The notes beneath the pieces are model-generated. The model worked only from the letters and a program-made list of their open reading frames with translations. It was not told the DNA's origin and did not search any database. Source: Bacilli bacterium (lineage in GTDB: Bacteria > Bacillota_I > Bacilli_A > ML615J-28 > CAG-698). From it: a stretch of DNA of 64,000 nucleotides. The position numbers and the translations under genes are program-made. Where the stretch lies: NCBI GenBank assembly GCA_918272565.1, contig CAKJYW010000003.1, positions 5,359 to 69,358 of the forward strand. The letters run 5' to 3'. Below are positions 51,485 through 62,103 of this stretch, one piece after another; position 1 is the first letter of the stretch, and every line of letters starts with the position of its first letter.

Positions 51485-53363
51485 TTTTATGCTCCAAATA
51501 AACTAATATCATAGTGATGTCACTAGGGTTAACTCCGCTAATTCTAGAGGCTTGAGCGATTGTTTCAGGCATTACCTTCTTTAATTTCTCCCTAGCTTCT
51601 AATGCTAGGTTACTTACCTTATCATAATCGATATCAGCAGGAATCTTTCTAGATTCCATCTTTTCTAACTTATTTGCTTCTTTATATGCTTTTTGAATAT
51701 AACCTGAATACTTAATTTCAATTAACGCTTGCTCTTTAATCTCGTCTTCATATTCTAGTTTATCATCTATTATCTTTTCTAATACGCTAAATGTAGCATC
51801 AGGTCTTTTTAAAAACTCGTTAGCACTAACTTTTTCATTAATAGGTGCTAGTCCTTCACTAGTTAATGTATCATTAATCTCTTTTTTAGGATTAATCTTT
51901 ATGCCTAAAGTCTTTTCTATTAAGGTATCTATTTGTTTGCGCTTTTCTAAATACCTATTAAATCTATCGCTACTAACAAGTCCTACTTCATATCCATGCT
52001 TAATTAACCTATCATAAGCATTATCATGTCTTAATAATAATCTAAATTCAGCACGTGATGTAAGAAGTCTATACGGATCTTTTACACCTTTAGTAATTAA
52101 GTCATCAATTAATACACCAATATATGCTTCATCTCTTCTTAAAACAAGAGGTTCTTTCTCCTTTAGTTTTAATGAAGCGTTAATACCTGCCATTAACCCT
52201 TGACAAGCAGCTTCTTCATAACCACTTGTTCCATTAACTTGACCAGCAAAGAATAAACCACTAACCTTTTTTGTTTCTAAGTTAGCTTTTAATTCTAATG
52301 GATTAATTGCATCATATTCAATAGCGTATGCGTATTTAGCAATTACCGCATTTTCTAGTCCTGGAAGAGAGTGAACCATTTGCTCTTGGATATCGCGAGG
52401 CATAGATGTTGAAAAGCCTTGAACATAAGTCTCATCAATTTCTTCACTTTCGGGTTCTAAGAATATTTGATGACGCTCTTTATCACTAAAACGAACAACC
52501 TTATCTTCTATTGATGGGCAATACCTTGGTCCTACCCCCTCAACAATCCCACCATACATACTAGATTTGCCTAGATTGGCTTTAATTATCTCATGAGTTA
52601 AAGGTGTAGTATATGTTAAATAACACAAAGCTTGTTTTTCAAATGGTCTAATCACTTCATATGGAGTATCATCACTAAATCTAAGCTTAGTGTTATCGCC
52701 ATATTGAGGAGTAGTTTTACCAAAATCAATTGATGCAGTCTTAATTCTTGGTGGAGTACCAGTTTTAAGCCTAATTAGGTCAAATCCTATTTCCTTTAAA
52801 CACTCAGAAAGTTTTGTTGTGGTAGGTTCGTTATCTGGTCCACCAGGATGAAACTCATGACCACATAAAATTCTACTAGCTAAATATGTTCCACTAGCTA
52901 TAATTACGGCTTTTGCTTCAATCCATCTTCCATCTTCTAATGTAACACCATTAATTTTATTATCTTCTAAAGTGACATTTATAACATATGCTTCTAAAAT
53001 ATCTAAGTTTTCTTGATTAAAACATATTTCTCTCATTCGTCTTGGATATTTAACTTTATCTGATTGTGCCCTTAGCGCTCTAACGGCAGGGCCTTTAGAT
53101 AGATTTAACATCTTTATTTGAAGAAGTGTCTCATCAGCAACCTTGGCCATTTGTCCACCCAAGGCATCGATTTCACGTACAATGATACCTTTAGCGGGAC
53201 CTCCAATTGATGGATTACATGGCATATTAGATATTCTATTGATGCTTCCAACAATCATTAGTGTTGCCTCACCCAATCGACTTGAAGCAAGTGCTGCCTC
53301 AGCTCCCGCATGGCCACCACCAATAACTATAACATCATATTTATTTTTTATCTTACCGTTCAT
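51465..53363 (-). CDS. mnmG: tRNA modification enzyme MnmG (GidA)
   Basis: GGGHAG, CNPSIGG, KTGTPPR, GPRYCPSIEDK, YEEAA. Confidence 0.98.
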   Translation of the reverse strand: MNGKIKNKYDVIVIGGGHAGAEAALASSRLGEATLMIVGSINRISNMPCNPSIGGPAKGIIVREIDALGGQMAKVADETLLQIKMLNLSKGPAVRALRAQSDKVKYPRRMREICFNQENLDILEAYVINVTLEDNKINGVTLEDGRWIEAKAVIIASGTYLASRILCGHEFHPGGPDNEPTTTKLSECLKEIGFDLIRLKTGTPPRIKTASIDFGKTTPQYGDNTKLRFSDDTPYEVIRPFEKQALCYLTYTTPLTHEIIKANLGKSSMYGGIVEGVGPRYCPSIEDKVVRFSDKERHQIFLEPESEEIDETYVQGFSTSMPRDIQEQMVHSLPGLENAVIAKYAYAIEYDAINPLELKANLETKKVSGLFFAGQVNGTSGYEEAACQGLMAGINASLKLKEKEPLVLRRDEAYIGVLIDDLITKGVKDPYRLLTSRAEFRLLLRHDNAYDRLIKHGYEVGLVSSDRFNRYLEKRKQIDTLIEKTLGIKINPKKEINDTLTSEGLAPINEKVSANEFLKRPDATFSVLEKIIDDKLEYEDEIKEQALIEIKYSGYIQKAYKEANKLEKMESRKIPADIDYDKVSNLALEAREKLKKVMPETIAQASRISGVNPSDITMILVYLEHKNGTSNK

Positions 53364-53459
53364 TATTATCACCAACTTCTTAATGATATTTTAATAAAGG
53401 GATGTTAAGACCAAATACTCTAACATCCCTTGCAAAGCTATTTAGTTTTTAACCCAGAA

Positions 53460-54833
53460 CTATTCTTCAAGTGGAATAATATGGATTGTAATTACTTTTG
53501 TAACTGTAGGATCAATTGTTGAAGTGATTGTGATTGTCATATCACCAATTTCTAATCCTGTTACCTTTAGACCACGATTATTCTTTTCAACTTCAGCAAT
53601 TGTTTCACTTGAAACAGTGAATTCATAATCTTGTTTAGCATCAGCTGGGCTAATAGTTACATTAATTGTTTCATCACATTCTACTTCAATTGTCACTTCA
53701 GTTACTTCTTTGTTACCAAGTTTAGTAACGATTGTTTCTGGATCTGGACGACCAGTAACTGTAACTGACATTTCACCTTTAGTAGTTCCATCAGCTGCTA
53801 GTGCAGTAATTATTACTGTACCTTTCTTAATACCAGTTACAACACCTTTAGCGTCAACTGTTGCGATTTCTTCATCGCTACTACTCCATGTAACTGTTTG
53901 ATTAGCGTTTGTTGGAGTAACAGCTGCTTTTAATGTGATAGTCTTTTCTTCAAATACTTCAACAACTTCTAATGTAGAAGTGATTGTGACAGCTTCAGCA
54001 GGAGCATAAACAACTTTAATTTCGACTTTTTGTTCTTTGCCATCAACTGATTTAGCAGTAATAGTAACAGTCTTTCCTTCAGGAGTTACCTTAACAGGAG
54101 TGATGACACCATTTTTAACTGTTGCATATTGAGCATCAGATGAAGTCCATGTTACATTTGGATTTGCAAATTCAGGATATACTTTTGCTTCTAGTGTTGA
54201 AGTTGTAGCTAGAACTACATTTTCATCTCCACTAACAAAACTTAATTCAATACTTGATGTAGCTTGATATAATACTTCAACTGCTTTTCTTGCAGAAATT
54301 GTTTCATCGTATACTGATTTAGCTGTAATAACAACATTACCAGGTTTGATAGCTTTAACCACACCACTTGCATCTACTATTGCGATTGCTTCATCACTAC
54401 TACTCCAAACAACATCATTTGTAATATCACTAGGATTTGTTTCAGTAGTAAATGTCTTAGTATCGCCAATATTCATTTGATCAATACCATTAATCTTTAA
54501 ACCTGATAACTTTTCACCAGAAACTGTTATTTCAACAGTTGCTTTTGTTGTTGGGATTCTCTTAACTTGAGCAGTTACTTTAACAACACCTTCGCCAACT
54601 GCTTTAGCAACATTGCCAGTTAATTCAATGATTCCTTCTTCACTTACGAAATAAACTATTTCTTCTTTCTCGCTTACAGAACCATAAATCAACTTAAGTT
54701 CAATTTGCTCTCCAGTTCTCATGTCTAATTGATGTGCTTCAAATCTAAAAACATCAGTTTCTTTAGTTCTTGCGCACCCAACAAACACTAAAGCTAAAAT
54801 CATCACAAAGAATAGAACAAGTCTTTTTTTCAT
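53460..54833 (-). CDS. Lipoprotein with tandem bacterial Ig-like (Big_2) domains
   Basis: Lipobox FVGC; repeated VTWSSSD..IATVD..GVV. Confidence 0.88.
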   Translation of the reverse strand: MKKRLVLFFVMILALVFVGCARTKETDVFRFEAHQLDMRTGEQIELKLIYGSVSEKEEIVYFVSEEGIIELTGNVAKAVGEGVVKVTAQVKRIPTTKATVEITVSGEKLSGLKINGIDQMNIGDTKTFTTETNPSDITNDVVWSSSDEAIAIVDASGVVKAIKPGNVVITAKSVYDETISARKAVEVLYQATSSIELSFVSGDENVVLATTSTLEAKVYPEFANPNVTWTSSDAQYATVKNGVITPVKVTPEGKTVTITAKSVDGKEQKVEIKVVYAPAEAVTITSTLEVVEVFEEKTITLKAAVTPTNANQTVTWSSSDEEIATVDAKGVVTGIKKGTVIITALAADGTTKGEMSVTVTGRPDPETIVTKLGNKEVTEVTIEVECDETINVTISPADAKQDYEFTVSSETIAEVEKNNRGLKVTGLEIGDMTITITSTIDPTVTKVITIHIIPLEE

Positions 54834-55000
54834 ATTTTATACCCTTTCAATATTCATACTCGTTTACTAACGTATTATATCATACTTTTCTTTGTTTGTT
54901 AACAATTTTTATATTTTTGTTATTCGTCCTCATTTTAAACAATTTACTTTTTTTTGAAAATGTGGTATATTTATTTTGTTATATATGTGGAGGACCCCTT

Positions 55001-56329
55001 ATGAAAAAATTTATTTTAATACTACTGATGCTGATTGTTTTTACCCTCACAGCCTGTGAAAGTAAAACCGAAACATCATTTGATAGAAATAATCCTTCTC
55101 CAATAATTGTAACAATTGAGGGTGACTTGAAAGAAATCACAGTTGTTGGCGTTAACGTTAACGATAAAGTTACTGAGTTTGAAGACATAATTAAAAATGG
55201 TAATGTTGTTTTAGGTTCCCTTTTCTTCTCTAAATATGAAAACGGAAAATACGAAATTACTGTTAAAGCTGATAATAAAGTAGTGTTAACTGTTAACCTT
55301 GAGGGAAATGATTACAATTACACATACACTAAAAAAGTTGATGTCTTTAAGAAGAACGAAAAAAGATATTATGTTTTGTTCTCAAGAAGCGGTTGTAGCG
55401 GATGTGCACAGCTTAGTCCAGACTTAATTGTATTCAATAATTTCCTACAAGAATACCCTAAGGGAATGGTATCAAGTTTGTATGTAGTAGACTATGATGA
55501 CCCTGAATTTGAGGCTTCAAAAGGTGAAGGAACAAACTATACAGGAATCTCTACTTACGATGAATTAATAAACAATGTTTCAATTTCCACTCCAACTCTT
55601 ATGGTTATAGAAAATGGAGCTGTTCAAGATTATTATATTGGAGCATCAAACATTTCTTCTTATTTCTATATAGAAATGGATAATATTAAAAACAATTGCA
55701 TCATCCATAATGTCGATGACGCAAAGACAATTAAGATTGCCTTAGACTTTACACCAACTCACTTTAGATTATATGAAGAAGATAACACAAGTTATAATTA
55801 TAAAGTATCTGAATACACCGAAGGTAACACTGGATTTGATGGAAGCGATATGATCTTTGGTCAATATTACTTTAACTCTTTCTTACCAGGTAACTATAGA
55901 TTAGAGTTCTATAATTCAGAAGGTAATTCTAAAGAAGTTCAATTAATTATTAAGTCAACATTTAGATATATCACTGTTGACACAATGTTTGATCAAGAGG
56001 AAGAAGCATATTATGTATTCTTCTTAAGAGATGGCTGTAGCGGATGTAACGCTGTTAAACCAACACTATTAAAATATTCTAATTACTATGATATCTATGA
56101 TAATGGTGAGAACTATCCAATCTATGCTGTTCATAGATCAATGAACAATAGATTTAAATATTTTGGTGATCCTGAATTCTTTGTTGGGGCAAAGAGTTAC
56201 GAAGAAATAAAATTAGGTTACTACCCTAGAGTAGTTCTAGTTAAAAACCACGAGATTGTAGAAGTATATAAAAATGAAGGAAATCAAATACTAACTCATT
56301 TTAAAGAATTAATGAGTAAAATAAAATAG
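55001..56329 (+). CDS. Lipoprotein with two thioredoxin-like (CSGC) domains
   Basis: GGAGG RBS before ATG 55001; lipobox LTAC; YYVLFSRSGCSGC and YYVFFLRDGCSGC. Confidence 0.8.
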   Translation: MKKFILILLMLIVFTLTACESKTETSFDRNNPSPIIVTIEGDLKEITVVGVNVNDKVTEFEDIIKNGNVVLGSLFFSKYENGKYEITVKADNKVVLTVNLEGNDYNYTYTKKVDVFKKNEKRYYVLFSRSGCSGCAQLSPDLIVFNNFLQEYPKGMVSSLYVVDYDDPEFEASKGEGTNYTGISTYDELINNVSISTPTLMVIENGAVQDYYIGASNISSYFYIEMDNIKNNCIIHNVDDAKTIKIALDFTPTHFRLYEEDNTSYNYKVSEYTEGNTGFDGSDMIFGQYYFNSFLPGNYRLEFYNSEGNSKEVQLIIKSTFRYITVDTMFDQEEEAYYVFFLRDGCSGCNAVKPTLLKYSNYYDIYDNGENYPIYAVHRSMNNRFKYFGDPEFFVGAKSYEEIKLGYYPRVVLVKNHEIVEVYKNEGNQILTHFKELMSKIK

Positions 56330-56340
56330 GTCTTTAAGAC

Positions 56341-56835
56341 CTATTTTTTATATGTCACAAGTTGTGTATTCAATATTTCAACAATCTTATCTTTTCCTTG
56401 TCCAGCATACTGAGTAGTTTTAACACCATCTTTTAAATATACAGTAATTAGAGAAGGAGTAGACCCAATCTTAAGTTCACTCCAATTAGTGACGCCATCA
56501 ACCCAGAATCTACCATCGGTTCCTTGTCCACCAGCTTCTTTATTAGAAACATACATTGTGTAATTTTTCTCATCTGACAAGTTTACTCCATAAATTTGCC
56601 TTGCTCCATCATAGTCTCCACTCTTTAGGGCTTTGATATAAGCTAAGATATATGGCTTAGTATCCTCACAGCCGCTACATCCTTCACGATAAAAGAAAAT
56701 ATAATATTTATCTTCCTTTTGTTCGTAGATTTGTTGTTGAGTTAAGTTCTTGATTCCTTTCATGTCACTGCTTCCACAGCCAACAAGGAATGAACTAATA
56801 ATTATAGACAATATTAATAAAACAACTTTTTTCAT
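56341..56835 (-). CDS. Thioredoxin-like lipoprotein (CSGC)
   Basis: Lipobox LVGC; YYIFFYREGCSGC; GSTPSL cis-Pro loop. Confidence 0.8.
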   Translation of the reverse strand: MKKVVLLILSIIISSFLVGCGSSDMKGIKNLTQQQIYEQKEDKYYIFFYREGCSGCEDTKPYILAYIKALKSGDYDGARQIYGVNLSDEKNYTMYVSNKEAGGQGTDGRFWVDGVTNWSELKIGSTPSLITVYLKDGVKTTQYAGQGKDKIVEILNTQLVTYKK

Positions 56836-57273
56836 TTAATTACCTCTGATAAAATCTAGGATTTTGTTGTGCTCTTCGTTTGTTATCATATTATATCTAT
56901 TCCCTCTTGCAGTACTAGATACATAACATTTGTCTTTTCTTATTATTCTAATCATTTTATATAAACTAAAGAACAAGAATAATGAAGCAATAAATATAAA
57001 GAACACAAAAACGTTAATATGTAGATAGTCCTTAAATAGCACCAATAGTAAACAAATAATACTAACTAAAGCTCCAAAGAAGGTTGCTGGTAAAACCATA
57101 TATAGAGCGGTGTTTCTTTTAATGTTAGATAAATAGATATCTTCTATTTGCTCTTTTGTTAGCTCATTATCAAATTGAGGTAGAGTATAAGTATCATTCA
57201 CTTTAATGAAATTACAAACTCTATTCTCGAATTCTGTTTCTTTATATGTTTTTCCTCTATATTCAACCTTCAT
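56836..57273 (-). CDS. Hypothetical two-TM membrane protein
   Basis: Two adjacent hydrophobic helices; tight spacing within the operon. Confidence 0.65.
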   Translation of the reverse strand: MKVEYRGKTYKETEFENRVCNFIKVNDTYTLPQFDNELTKEQIEDIYLSNIKRNTALYMVLPATFFGALVSIICLLLVLFKDYLHINVFVFFIFIASLFLFFSLYKMIRIIRKDKCYVSSTARGNRYNMITNEEHNKILDFIRGN

Positions 57274-57294
57274 ACTACCACCATTATACTCTAA

Positions 57295-58110
57295 TTAGTC
57301 ATTAAATACAATTTCACTTGCAACTTCAACTGCAGGTCCTTCCATATAAATGTCATCATCTATTGATGATATTTTTAATTTGCCTTTCTCTAGGTTGATA
57401 GTTATCTCATTATTAATTAGACCTTTTTTCTTCAATATAACGTAGGCACTACTTGCTCCTGTTCCACAAGCTAGAGTCCATCCCGCACCTCGTTCGTATG
57501 TCTTCATTGTTACATTATCTCTATCAATCACTTGAACTAGGTTTACATTAATACCTTTAGTAAATACTTTATTCTTTTGAATCTCTTGAGCCATTCCGCT
57601 GTTAATTGCTTCTTCTAAATCATCTACAATCACAACCAAGTGGTGTGTAGTCATATAAATAGCACTTACTTCAATTTCTTTTCCGCTAGATAACTTAATC
57701 TTTTGATCTAAAAAAGTATCTAGTTTTGTATCTAAGTCAAGTTTCTTGCTACTAAAGTCAGCTTTTCCTAAGCACACTTTACACATAAATGGATTATCGT
57801 TTGTCACTTCAACGTGCATAATTCCACTTAATGTATCTACATCAAAGTTCTTTCCACTTACAACTCCTTCTAAAATCAAGTAATAAGAGAAGCATCTAAT
57901 CCCATTACCACACATAGGAGCTAAGCTTCCATCACTATTATAGAAGACCATATAAGGTAAATTACCTTTCATTTTCATAAGCAAAAGCCCGTCAGCACCA
58001 ATTCCTGTGTGTCTATCACAAATCTTTTTACTTAAATCTTCGTAATTAACACCCTCAACGTATCTACCAATTATAAAGTCATTACCTACACCATGTAATT
58101 TTCTAAACAT
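57295..58110 (-). CDS. dapF: Diaminopimelate epimerase
   Basis: HGVGNDF, GIGADG, NSDGS.APMCGNG, YERGAG.TLACGTG. Confidence 0.95.
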   Translation of the reverse strand: MFRKLHGVGNDFIIGRYVEGVNYEDLSKKICDRHTGIGADGLLLMKMKGNLPYMVFYNSDGSLAPMCGNGIRCFSYYLILEGVVSGKNFDVDTLSGIMHVEVTNDNPFMCKVCLGKADFSSKKLDLDTKLDTFLDQKIKLSSGKEIEVSAIYMTTHHLVVIVDDLEEAINSGMAQEIQKNKVFTKGINVNLVQVIDRDNVTMKTYERGAGWTLACGTGASSAYVILKKKGLINNEITINLEKGKLKISSIDDDIYMEGPAVEVASEIVFND

Positions 58111-61100
58111 CTTTTTCACCTACACTACTTAACAATTTAGTAAATTTATAAATCCAGTCTTTACTATTAGCTTCTTTTGTTAGTTTTACAACTAATTGAT
58201 TATTCTTATAATCAAAAGAAAACTCTTTTGAAATGTTTGTTGAAGCTAAAAACAAATCTTTTGGACTATAAATCTTAAGTGCTTCATCAGGAATAATCAC
58301 TGATACCATATACTTATTCTCTAGTATACTCTTAATCTTAAACTTTTTAAATAGAGATTCCATATATTTTTCTTCAATGTAAGTTAAAATGGTTTCACTT
58401 AACTTGCCAAACCTATCAGTAAATGATTCGATTAGTTCTTTTTTCTTGGTTTCAGAATCAATTCTACTTATTTCTTTATGAATCTCAATTCTAATTGTAT
58501 CATCACTGACATAGTCTTTGCTTACGTGCTTTGATATATCAACAACATAAGTTGGTTCAACTTCTTTAATCTTGCCTTTTCTTTCGCTAATTGCTTCATC
58601 AAGTAACTTCATATACATATCAAGTCCGATTGTATCGATATATCCTGATTGCTCTTTCCCTAGAATATCTCCACAACCTCTAATAGCTAGGTCACGCATT
58701 GCTATTTTATATCCGCTACCTAGCGTAGTATATTCTTTAATAGCACTTAACCTCTTAGCTTCGTTTTGAGATAAGACTTTATTGGTTCTATAAGTTAAAT
58801 ATGCGTATGCTATCTTATCACTTCTACCAACTCTACCTCTTATTTGATAAAGTTGAGCAAGACCTAATCTATCAGCTTCATCAATAATTAAAGTGTTACT
58901 ATTTGGTATATCGATTCCTGTTTCAATGATTGTTGTACAAAGAAGGACATCATATTCTCTATCAATGAATGATTGAATAGTATCTTCTAACTCATCTTTT
59001 GTCATTCTACCATGCCCAACACAAATTCTAGCTTCAGGCACTAATCTATGAAGCTTTCTATATACTATTTCAATATCGCTAATTCTATTATGTAAATAGA
59101 ATACTTGTCCACCTCTACCAAGCTCACGGTAAATTGCTTCTTTAATAACCGAATCATTGTATTCTAAGACATAAGTTTGAATAGGATGACGATCAAGTGG
59201 CGGAGTTTCAATTAAACTTAATTGTCTAACTCCCATAACAGCCATCTGTAAAGTTCTTGGAATTGGGGTAGCTGACAAAGTTAAAACATTAATATTCGCT
59301 TTTAAACGCTTTATTGCTTCTTTATGAACAACTCCAAACCTCTGTTCCTCATCTATTATTAGTAAACCTAAATCTTTAAATCTAACATCACTACTTAATA
59401 ATCTATGAGTTCCTATAACAACATCAACTAATCCTTCTTTTAAGTCTTTGATTATCTTGTTTTGTTCTTTTTCTGTTATTAATCTATTTAATAACTCTAC
59501 TCTAATACCGAACTTCTCAAATCTTTCTTTAAATGTATAGTAATGTTGCCTTGTAAGGATTGTTGTTGGAGCGAGGTATGCAACTTGTTTACCACTATAT
59601 ACCGTTTTAAAAGCAGCACGCATCGCAATTTCTGTCTTACCAAACCCAACGTCTCCACAAATAAGTCTGTCAATTACTAATCCTCTTTCCATTTCGTCTT
59701 TTACTTCATTAATAATTCTAGTTTGATCTTTTGTTTCTTCAAACTCAAAATCATCTTCAAAGATCTTTTGGAACTCAGAATCTTTTTGATAAATAAATCC
59801 TTTCTGTGATTCCCTTTCAACTTGTAAATCAATTAGGTCTTTAGCAATGCTTTCAACCTTTTCTTTGATTTTGTTCTTTTTCTTTTCCCACTCTTTATTA
59901 CCAATTCTAGTTAATTTAGGTGTGACACCTTCACTTGCTTGATATTTTTCAAGCAAATTAAACTTCTCAACAGGAACATAAAGAGGCATGTTCTCATATT
60001 GAATAACTAAATAATCGTTTTTAATATTATTTAGTTCGATAGTTTCAATTCCTAAATACTTTCCAATACCATAATCATAGTGAACAACGTAGTCCCCAAC
60101 AACCAAATCATCTCTTGATTCAAGGATTGTTTTCTCATCATCACTACGATACTTAGCAAAAGTCTTTTTTAATTTAGGGAATAGCTCTTTTTCGGTTATT
60201 ACTTCTAACTCATCATAGAAAGCAAAACTTATAGCATTAGCTATTTCCATAATATTGACTTCTTTTTCTTTTACATCATTAGTCTTTTTACATTTATTGA
60301 TGCTAATTCCGTTTTCTTTTAATAATTCTATAATTAAGTTTTCTTTTTCTTTAGAAGAAAAAGCTATTACATAAGTTTTTGCACTCTTATCCTTTAGTTC
60401 AGTATAAAGTAATCTTAAGTCAGTATCATATGTAATAACAGAGAACCCTCTAACATCAAACACCTTATCGAGTTTAATATCTTTTAAGCCACTTTTAAAC
60501 TCGCTACAAAATATTTGTTTATCTTTAAGTGCAAATATAGAAAAATAGTCAAGATTAAAAGTTAAATTTAAGCCTTTAGGTAGATTTGCATCCATCAAAT
60601 AATTAGCTAAATCACTATCTATTTGATCATTTGCTTTATTTAAACGGTTTATATCATCATAAACAATTACTTTATCATCTAAATAATCTAAGATACTACC
60701 AACATTACCAAATATCATACCAAGATATTTAGTCATTCTATCCATGTTTTCGTAGTTTTTAATATCATTTATATCTCTACTTATTATTTTATTATCACTA
60801 AACTTTTCTACACTATTACAAAAATCAGCAATTTGCTTTTCACTTAGTACTATTTCATTAAATGGTAAAATCTCTACTTCACTTATTTCTTCAATAGTTC
60901 TTTGTGTTTCTATATTAAAATATCTAATCTTTTCTATCTCATCATCAAATAGATTGATTCTAACCGGCTTATCTAAGCAAACCCCATAGACATCAATAAC
61001 TTCGCCTCTAACGCTAAATTCTCCTTCACTTTCAGTAATTGCTACTTTCTTATAACCTAGGTAGATTAGCTTTTTTATAAATTCTGTAACATTAATAACA

Positions 61101-61537
61101 TCATTTTTCTTTATCTTAATTATGTTTTTAACAAACTCATCTTTAAATAGACATGGTCTTAATGCTCCTAAAACATGAGTAACAATGATTTTAGGTGTAT
61201 TATTAACGATACTTTTAATAGTGTTGATTCTTTCTTTCTTAAATTGACCACTTACAGCAACAAGTTCACTTGATAATATTTCATCTGTCAAATAAAGATT
61301 GACATTTTCATATCCTGCAAGATGGCAGAACGCTTCGTATGCTAAGTTTGCTTTATAAACATTACTAGCAAGATAAACGACAAAACCGCCACTTTGGATG
61401 TAAGTGGCATATGTCAGTAAATATTGGTGGTTCTCAGTCACTCCATTAACAAAATATGAATAATTATCTTTGTTGATGGAACTTAGAACCTCGCTAATTG
61501 TTTTGTTTTTCTTAAATAATTCTAATACATCTATCAT
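58103..61537 (-). CDS. mfd: Transcription-repair coupling factor
   Basis: GDVGFGKT, DEEQRFG, SATPIPRT, QIRGRVGR, DLAIRG. Confidence 0.97.
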   Translation of the reverse strand: MIDVLELFKKNKTISEVLSSINKDNYSYFVNGVTENHQYLLTYATYIQSGGFVVYLASNVYKANLAYEAFCHLAGYENVNLYLTDEILSSELVAVSGQFKKERINTIKSIVNNTPKIIVTHVLGALRPCLFKDEFVKNIIKIKKNDVINVTEFIKKLIYLGYKKVAITESEGEFSVRGEVIDVYGVCLDKPVRINLFDDEIEKIRYFNIETQRTIEEISEVEILPFNEIVLSEKQIADFCNSVEKFSDNKIISRDINDIKNYENMDRMTKYLGMIFGNVGSILDYLDDKVIVYDDINRLNKANDQIDSDLANYLMDANLPKGLNLTFNLDYFSIFALKDKQIFCSEFKSGLKDIKLDKVFDVRGFSVITYDTDLRLLYTELKDKSAKTYVIAFSSKEKENLIIELLKENGISINKCKKTNDVKEKEVNIMEIANAISFAFYDELEVITEKELFPKLKKTFAKYRSDDEKTILESRDDLVVGDYVVHYDYGIGKYLGIETIELNNIKNDYLVIQYENMPLYVPVEKFNLLEKYQASEGVTPKLTRIGNKEWEKKKNKIKEKVESIAKDLIDLQVERESQKGFIYQKDSEFQKIFEDDFEFEETKDQTRIINEVKDEMERGLVIDRLICGDVGFGKTEIAMRAAFKTVYSGKQVAYLAPTTILTRQHYYTFKERFEKFGIRVELLNRLITEKEQNKIIKDLKEGLVDVVIGTHRLLSSDVRFKDLGLLIIDEEQRFGVVHKEAIKRLKANINVLTLSATPIPRTLQMAVMGVRQLSLIETPPLDRHPIQTYVLEYNDSVIKEAIYRELGRGGQVFYLHNRISDIEIVYRKLHRLVPEARICVGHGRMTKDELEDTIQSFIDREYDVLLCTTIIETGIDIPNSNTLIIDEADRLGLAQLYQIRGRVGRSDKIAYAYLTYRTNKVLSQNEAKRLSAIKEYTTLGSGYKIAMRDLAIRGCGDILGKEQSGYIDTIGLDMYMKLLDEAISERKGKIKEVEPTYVVDISKHVSKDYVSDDTIRIEIHKEISRIDSETKKKELIESFTDRFGKLSETILTYIEEKYMESLFKKFKIKSILENKYMVSVIIPDEALKIYSPKDLFLASTNISKEFSFDYKNNQLVVKLTKEANSKDWIYKFTKLLSSVGEKDV

Positions 61538-62094
61538 CCATTATACCTACTCATAAAGTTATCAAAGGTTTCAGCAATGAAAGACTTAACCATATCTTGC
61601 GCTTTAGCTGTGGCAATAGAGATGCTTATTGCATCATCTTTACTAAATCTACCTAAAACATAATCGATAGTTCCGTTTTCATCACTACTTCCAATACCTA
61701 TTCTAACTCTCTTTATATCACTTGTTTTTAAGTGTTCAATGATATTTTTCATTCCGTTATGACCACCACTAGATCCATTAGGTCTAATTCTAACTTTACC
61801 AACAGGTAAATCTAAGTCATCATAGATTACTAAAACATCACTCACATCGATTTTATAATAATTCATAACTGCCTCAACCGCTTCTCCACTGAGGTTCATA
61901 TAGGTTTGAGGCTCAATGATTATTACTTTTTCACCCTCAATTGTAGCTTCAGCAATCATTGATTTGAGTTGTTTATTTAGTGAGAACTTTACTTTTAATG
62001 ATTTTACTAAGTCATCATTAAACATAAATCCCACATTATGTCTTGTCTTTCTATATTTTAAACCAGGATTGCCTAGTCCTACAATTAATTTCAT
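61534..62094 (-). CDS. pth: Peptidyl-tRNA hydrolase
   Basis: VGLGNPG, TRHNVG, YMNLSG, GGHNG. Confidence 0.97.
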   Translation of the reverse strand: MKLIVGLGNPGLKYRKTRHNVGFMFNDDLVKSLKVKFSLNKQLKSMIAEATIEGEKVIIIEPQTYMNLSGEAVEAVMNYYKIDVSDVLVIYDDLDLPVGKVRIRPNGSSGGHNGMKNIIEHLKTSDIKRVRIGIGSSDENGTIDYVLGRFSKDDAISISIATAKAQDMVKSFIAETFDNFMSRYNG

Positions 62095-62103
62095 TTTTTT
62101 CTC

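Noticed and set aside
54770-55000. 77-codon N-terminal extension of the thioredoxin lipoprotein
   Set aside because: It overlaps the divergent gene and promoter region. The RBS and lipoprotein signal place the start at 55001.
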